DNA of 64,000 bases from Verrucomicrobiales bacterium. Its GTDB lineage: Bacteria; Verrucomicrobiota; Verrucomicrobiia; Verrucomicrobiales; DEV007. Positions 60,351-64,000 of the stretch are shown in pieces. The DNA is taken from assembly GCA_965657775.1 (NCBI GenBank), contig CBFHPY010000008.1:687786-751785 (forward strand), written 5' to 3'. Positions within the stretch are counted from its first letter, which is position 1. Each line of letters starts with the position of its first letter. The notes under the pieces are model-generated. The model did not search any database. It saw only the letters and a program-made list of their open reading frames with translations, and was not told the DNA's origin. Both the position numbers and the translations under genes were made by a program.

Positions 60351-60833
60351 CTAGCCAGCCTTACCGAGTCGCATCTGAATGAGATTTTCGCACATCCCAT
60401 CTGATCGGAGCTTGTCACAGCAGGCCTCAATCCGCATTGATTTCGAGGAAGGTCGAAATCCGAGGCGGCGGGTGATGCAGTCAACGAGAAGGGCTACATT
60501 GTCGTCTTCGAACTCGATCACTTTTCCACAATCGACGCAGATGAGGTGATTGTGGTCCGGGGAATCGAGAAAGTTCGGGTCGTACACTCGCTCGTCTCGA
60601 CCGAGATCGATTTCACGGAGCAATCCGCAATCGACGAGAAGGGCAATCGTGCGATAGAGAGTGGCTCGAGAGGTCTTGGGATCCAGTTTCCGGGATTTCA
60701 CGAGCAATTCTTCCGCCGTAAAGTGATCATCGCTCGCAAATGCGGCTTCGACAATAACGTCTCGCTGCGAGGTGCGTCGCATGCCTTGCTGACGAATAAA
60801 ATCGTCGAATTTTTCTTTGATCTCAGCGTTCAT
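60351..60833 (-). CDS. Fur family transcriptional regulator
   Basis: RRTSQRDVI, SRATLYRT, HNHLICVDCGKVIEF. Confidence 0.93.
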   Translation of the reverse strand: MNAEIKEKFDDFIRQQGMRRTSQRDVIVEAAFASDDHFTAEELLVKSRKLDPKTSRATLYRTIALLVDCGLLREIDLGRDERVYDPNFLDSPDHNHLICVDCGKVIEFEDDNVALLVDCITRRLGFRPSSKSMRIEACCDKLRSDGMCENLIQMRLGKAG

Positions 60834-60916
60834 GCTCGTTCCCGGGAGAGAAAAAAAGGAATATCGGAGAGAATCCTGCTAAACCCTTTGGTATCTCTAC
60901 CAGAAACATCCTTGCC

Positions 60917-61879
60917 ATGTCTACCCCGTCTACTTCTATTATTCAATTTGATCCGATTTTCCAGACACGCGTCTGGGGTGGGAGAGCGATCGAGGAACAG
61001 TTAGGAAAGGCGCTTCCAGATCAGACGTCCCCTTTCGGAGAATCGTGGGAGATTTCAGCCCGTGAAGAAGCCGACAGTGTTGTTTCTTCGGGACCTCTCC
61101 AAGGGAAGACTGCCACGGAGCTATGGCAGGATCCTGTTCTCAAGGAAGAAATCTTCGGCCCTCGTGCGCCGAAAGGGAATCGATTCCCGCTTCTCTGCAA
61201 GATTCTCGATGCGAGGGACAAGCTCTCGATTCAGGTCCACCCTCCCACGGAAGTGGCTGAGCGGCTTGGAGGGGAGCCCAAAACGGAGGTCTGGTATGTT
61301 GCCCATGCCGAACCCGGGGCGGAGCTCTATGTCGGCGTGAAACCTGGGGTGACGCAGGATTCGTTTCACGCGGCCTTGGATAGCGGAACAGCGGAGAAGT
61401 TAGTCCACGCTATCCCCGTTACGACGGGTCAGCACATTTTTATTCCCAGCGGCCGGCTTCATGCCATTGGAGCAGGGCTGTTAATTTACGAAATTCAGCA
61501 AAATTCCGATACGACATACCGAGTGTATGACTGGAACCGGACTGGATTGGATGGAAAACCCCGGGATCTTCACGTCTCCGAATCCCTGCAATGCATCGAC
61601 TTTAATGATGTCGAACCGAAGATGGATCAGGCAAAGTGGGCTCTTCTTGCGGAGTGTGAACACTTCCGACTCGAAAAACATAGGGTCGCGCCTTCGCACT
61701 CTCTTTGCGATGCGACTGAACGGCGTTTCGCGATTGTGACGGTTGTTTCCGGGGAGCTTTCGAGGGATGGAGAATTCTACAGTCCTGGAGAGTTCTTTAT
61801 TGTCGCTCGCGGATCTAACGGAGAACTGCCTCTTGCCGGTTCGGAGGGAGCGGAAGTGCTTCTCACGGTCTGGCCTTGA
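60917..61879 (+). CDS. manA: Mannose-6-phosphate isomerase, class I
   Basis: VWGG, GESWEIS, FPLLCKILDA, LSIQVHP, KTEVWY, HAIGAG, EIQQNSDTTYRVYDW. Confidence 0.93.
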   Translation: MSTPSTSIIQFDPIFQTRVWGGRAIEEQLGKALPDQTSPFGESWEISAREEADSVVSSGPLQGKTATELWQDPVLKEEIFGPRAPKGNRFPLLCKILDARDKLSIQVHPPTEVAERLGGEPKTEVWYVAHAEPGAELYVGVKPGVTQDSFHAALDSGTAEKLVHAIPVTTGQHIFIPSGRLHAIGAGLLIYEIQQNSDTTYRVYDWNRTGLDGKPRDLHVSESLQCIDFNDVEPKMDQAKWALLAECEHFRLEKHRVAPSHSLCDATERRFAIVTVVSGELSRDGEFYSPGEFFIVARGSNGELPLAGSEGAEVLLTVWP

Positions 61880-61894
61880 GAAACTGTCTCGCTC

Positions 61895-62869
61895 TTACAC
61901 TACATCCAGACGAGTGAGATCCTGGGTGTCAATCAGCCCAATCGGTTGGCCTTCCTGATTGACCACAACGAGGTCGTCAATACGGCTCTCTTCGAGCAAT
62001 CGAAGCACTTCGCCGACAAGTCGATCGTCCGTCACATGAATGGGGTCCGCGGTCATCAGATCACCGACCGGAGTCGAGCCAATTCCGGAACCTCCATTCT
62101 GGAACGCTCGCACAAAGTCTCCCTGGGTAAAAACTCCGGCCATTTTTCCATTCTCCTCGACTACGACGACAGCACCAGCGCGGGCGCTCGTCATTTTCGT
62201 AAGCACTTCGGAAACGGTTACTTCTCGTGCCAGCGCTACGAAGTCATCGCCGCTTCGCATGATGTCACCTGCTCGCATCAGGAGCGCGCGTCCCAGTGAA
62301 CCTCCGGGATGCAGCTCCGCGAAATGTTCCTTCGTAAACCCTCTCGCCTCGAGTAAAACCATGGCGAGGGCGTCGCCCATGGCCAGGGTATTGGTCGTGC
62401 TGGAGGTCGGAGCCAGATTGAGAGGACAGGCTTCTCGCTGCACTTCGATATTGAGAACGCAGTCGGCAGCCTTGGCCAAAGTTGACTTCGATTTTCCGGT
62501 GATCGCGATGAGTTGAGCGTTGCGTCGCTTGAGGTGGGGGAGAAGGGCAAGCAACTCCGCCGTCTCTCCCGAATAGCTTAGGGCGATGACACTGTCGCCA
62601 GAATTGACCAGGCCGAGATCGCCGTGAATCGCGTCCTGGCAATTCAGCACACTTGCGGGTGCTCCCGTCGAATTGAAAGTCGCGGCGAGCTTGCTGCCGA
62701 TGTTGCCCGATTTACCCACTCCCACGATGGCGATGCGGGAACCGTCTTCGATCGTGCCTTTGAGCAAGTCAATCGCGCTTGCGAAAGACTCATCGATCCG
62801 GTCTACGAGGCGATCGAGTTCTTCAATCTCCAACGATATGACTCGGCGGGCTTTTTCCAGGGGATCCAT
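61895..62869 (-). CDS. kdsD: Arabinose-5-phosphate isomerase (KpsF/GutQ family, SIS + CBS)
   Basis: GVGKSG, HGDLG, SYSGET, LAPTSST, HPGGSLG, two CBS domains. Confidence 0.93.
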   Translation of the reverse strand: MDPLEKARRVISLEIEELDRLVDRIDESFASAIDLLKGTIEDGSRIAIVGVGKSGNIGSKLAATFNSTGAPASVLNCQDAIHGDLGLVNSGDSVIALSYSGETAELLALLPHLKRRNAQLIAITGKSKSTLAKAADCVLNIEVQREACPLNLAPTSSTTNTLAMGDALAMVLLEARGFTKEHFAELHPGGSLGRALLMRAGDIMRSGDDFVALAREVTVSEVLTKMTSARAGAVVVVEENGKMAGVFTQGDFVRAFQNGGSGIGSTPVGDLMTADPIHVTDDRLVGEVLRLLEESRIDDLVVVNQEGQPIGLIDTQDLTRLDVV

Positions 62870-62937
62870 AAAAAGGTGTCGAGAACGATAGAGCGATCGG
62901 GGCAGGGATCAACCACAGCATTTGACGAGAGATCTCT

Positions 62938-63318
62938 TCAATTCGAAGCGGCAAGATTCAGAAAAACCGTCAGGACCCACCCCGGAAATCCGAAAATCAG
63001 AACGAGAAGGAGATGCAGGATGATGGGAATAGCATCGCCGATGCTGGCAGGCTAACATTCGCGGTGGAGGTGCATCGACCAGGGCGCGGAAATGCTGAGA
63101 TTGATGCAGAGAAAAAGAGTCCGCAGGGAAGAGGCTCCTGTCGTGAAAACCATGAAGTCATAGAAAGGTCGCTGCACGCAGTCCCCGGTGTCTGCGTGAG
63201 GAGGTAGGCCTAAATCGAGAAAGGGAACGGTTGCGATGAAGCCAATCTACCCAGAGAGAAGGGCATAGGCTGGAACGGGAAAGTAGAAACCAGAAATCGT
63301 TCGTAGAGAAACCCTCAT
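62938..63318 (-). pseudogene. Possible decayed membrane-protein gene
   Basis: Hydrophobic frame MRVSLRTISGFYFPVPAYALLSG*IGFIAT...HREC*PASIGDAIPIILHLLLVLIFGFPGWVLTVFL with two internal TAG stops; no family recognised. Confidence 0.3.
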
Positions 63319-63415
63319 CGGGTTCCTTACGGACGAATGGTTCTTCGCCTTTCAGTTTTCGAAGGCGACTTTGCCGCACCGCGCGGGCCGTGCTCAGAGC
63401 ACCACAGGATCTACC

Positions 63416-64000
63416 TTACAGCTTCGTGATCGAAATATTACGGAAACGGTAGGTCTGGCCTTTTTCACCGTGATGCTGGATTCCGACGGGGCCGGAAGCA
63501 TCGGTGTCGTCTTCGATTTCCGTCGTCACAACGCCATTGACCTCGATTTTAATCGAAGATCCTTTGCAGGTGATCTTGTAGGAATTCCACCCGTTGCGCT
63601 TCAGGGCTTCGCGGATTTCGGGCTTCTTGAAATGAGCCTGAGATTCTCTTTCGTGGGCGAGAAACTTTTCTTCCTTGGTTCGGCCTTTCTGGCTGGGCCA
63701 GATCCATCCCCGGCGACCTTCATCGTAGAGGCCACCCGACCAGCGTCGGTCGGAACCATCACACTCGGCCTGATAACCGAATACTTTGCCCTTCGCGACG
63801 TTTGCGCGGAACATGACACCAGAATTCGCCTTTCCTTCCGGAAGATGAATATCGACCTCAAGAATGAAGTCACCAAAGGACTCTTCGGTCACGAGAAAGA
63901 ATTTCTTGTTCGCGAGAAGATGGATTTCGCCATCGACAACGGTTGCTTCTCCATAGGAGAAAGGATTGGTCCAGCCGGTGAGGTCCTTACCATTGAAGAG
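63416..64000 (-). CDS. DUF1080 domain protein (5' end beyond the window)
   Basis: Frame open to the window edge: LFNGKDLTGW...ANSGVMFR...GYQAEC...WNSYKI...GPVGIQHHG. Confidence 0.88.
   Translation of the reverse strand, partial: LFNGKDLTGWTNPFSYGEATVVDGEIHLLANKKFFLVTEESFGDFILEVDIHLPEGKANSGVMFRANVAKGKVFGYQAECDGSDRRWSGGLYDEGRRGWIWPSQKGRTKEEKFLAHERESQAHFKKPEIREALKRNGWNSYKITCKGSSIKIEVNGVVTTEIEDDTDASGPVGIQHHGEKGQTYRFRNISITKL

Overview
64 kb of bacterial chromosome, most likely Verrucomicrobiota. This is an inference from the LpxC-FabZ fusion, several sulfatases, DUF1080 and DUF1549/DUF1501-type genes, and a prepilin-type protein with a DGHV-like C-terminus. Intact housekeeping genes (tig-clpP, lpxC/fabZ-lpxA, gap-pgk-tpiA, dgt, maf, rfbB, tilS, typA, argH, Fur, manA, kdsD, two DEAD-box helicases) alternate with secreted hydrolases and sulfatases and with at least six decayed gene relics carrying nonsense codons, frameshifts and large internal deletions (ppk2, cupin, Ser/Thr kinase, DUF1549/DUF1501, winged-helix, EF-hand). 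The most notable items are: a stand-alone retron-like reverse transcriptase with an intact YADD motif, only 35 nt from a divergent DEAD-box helicase and with no visible msr-msd; an RluA-family pseudouridine synthase whose catalytic N-terminal half has no ATG/GTG/TTG start; an (AGTTGAGA)7 tandem repeat in a G-free leader of tpiA; a TraL/ParA-like protein with a degenerate P-loop; and an anti-sigma-like/PDZ gene pair with no adjacent ECF sigma factor. No rRNA, tRNA, CRISPR array, transposase or integrase was recognised. All family assignments come from motif recognition by eye, not from database searches.
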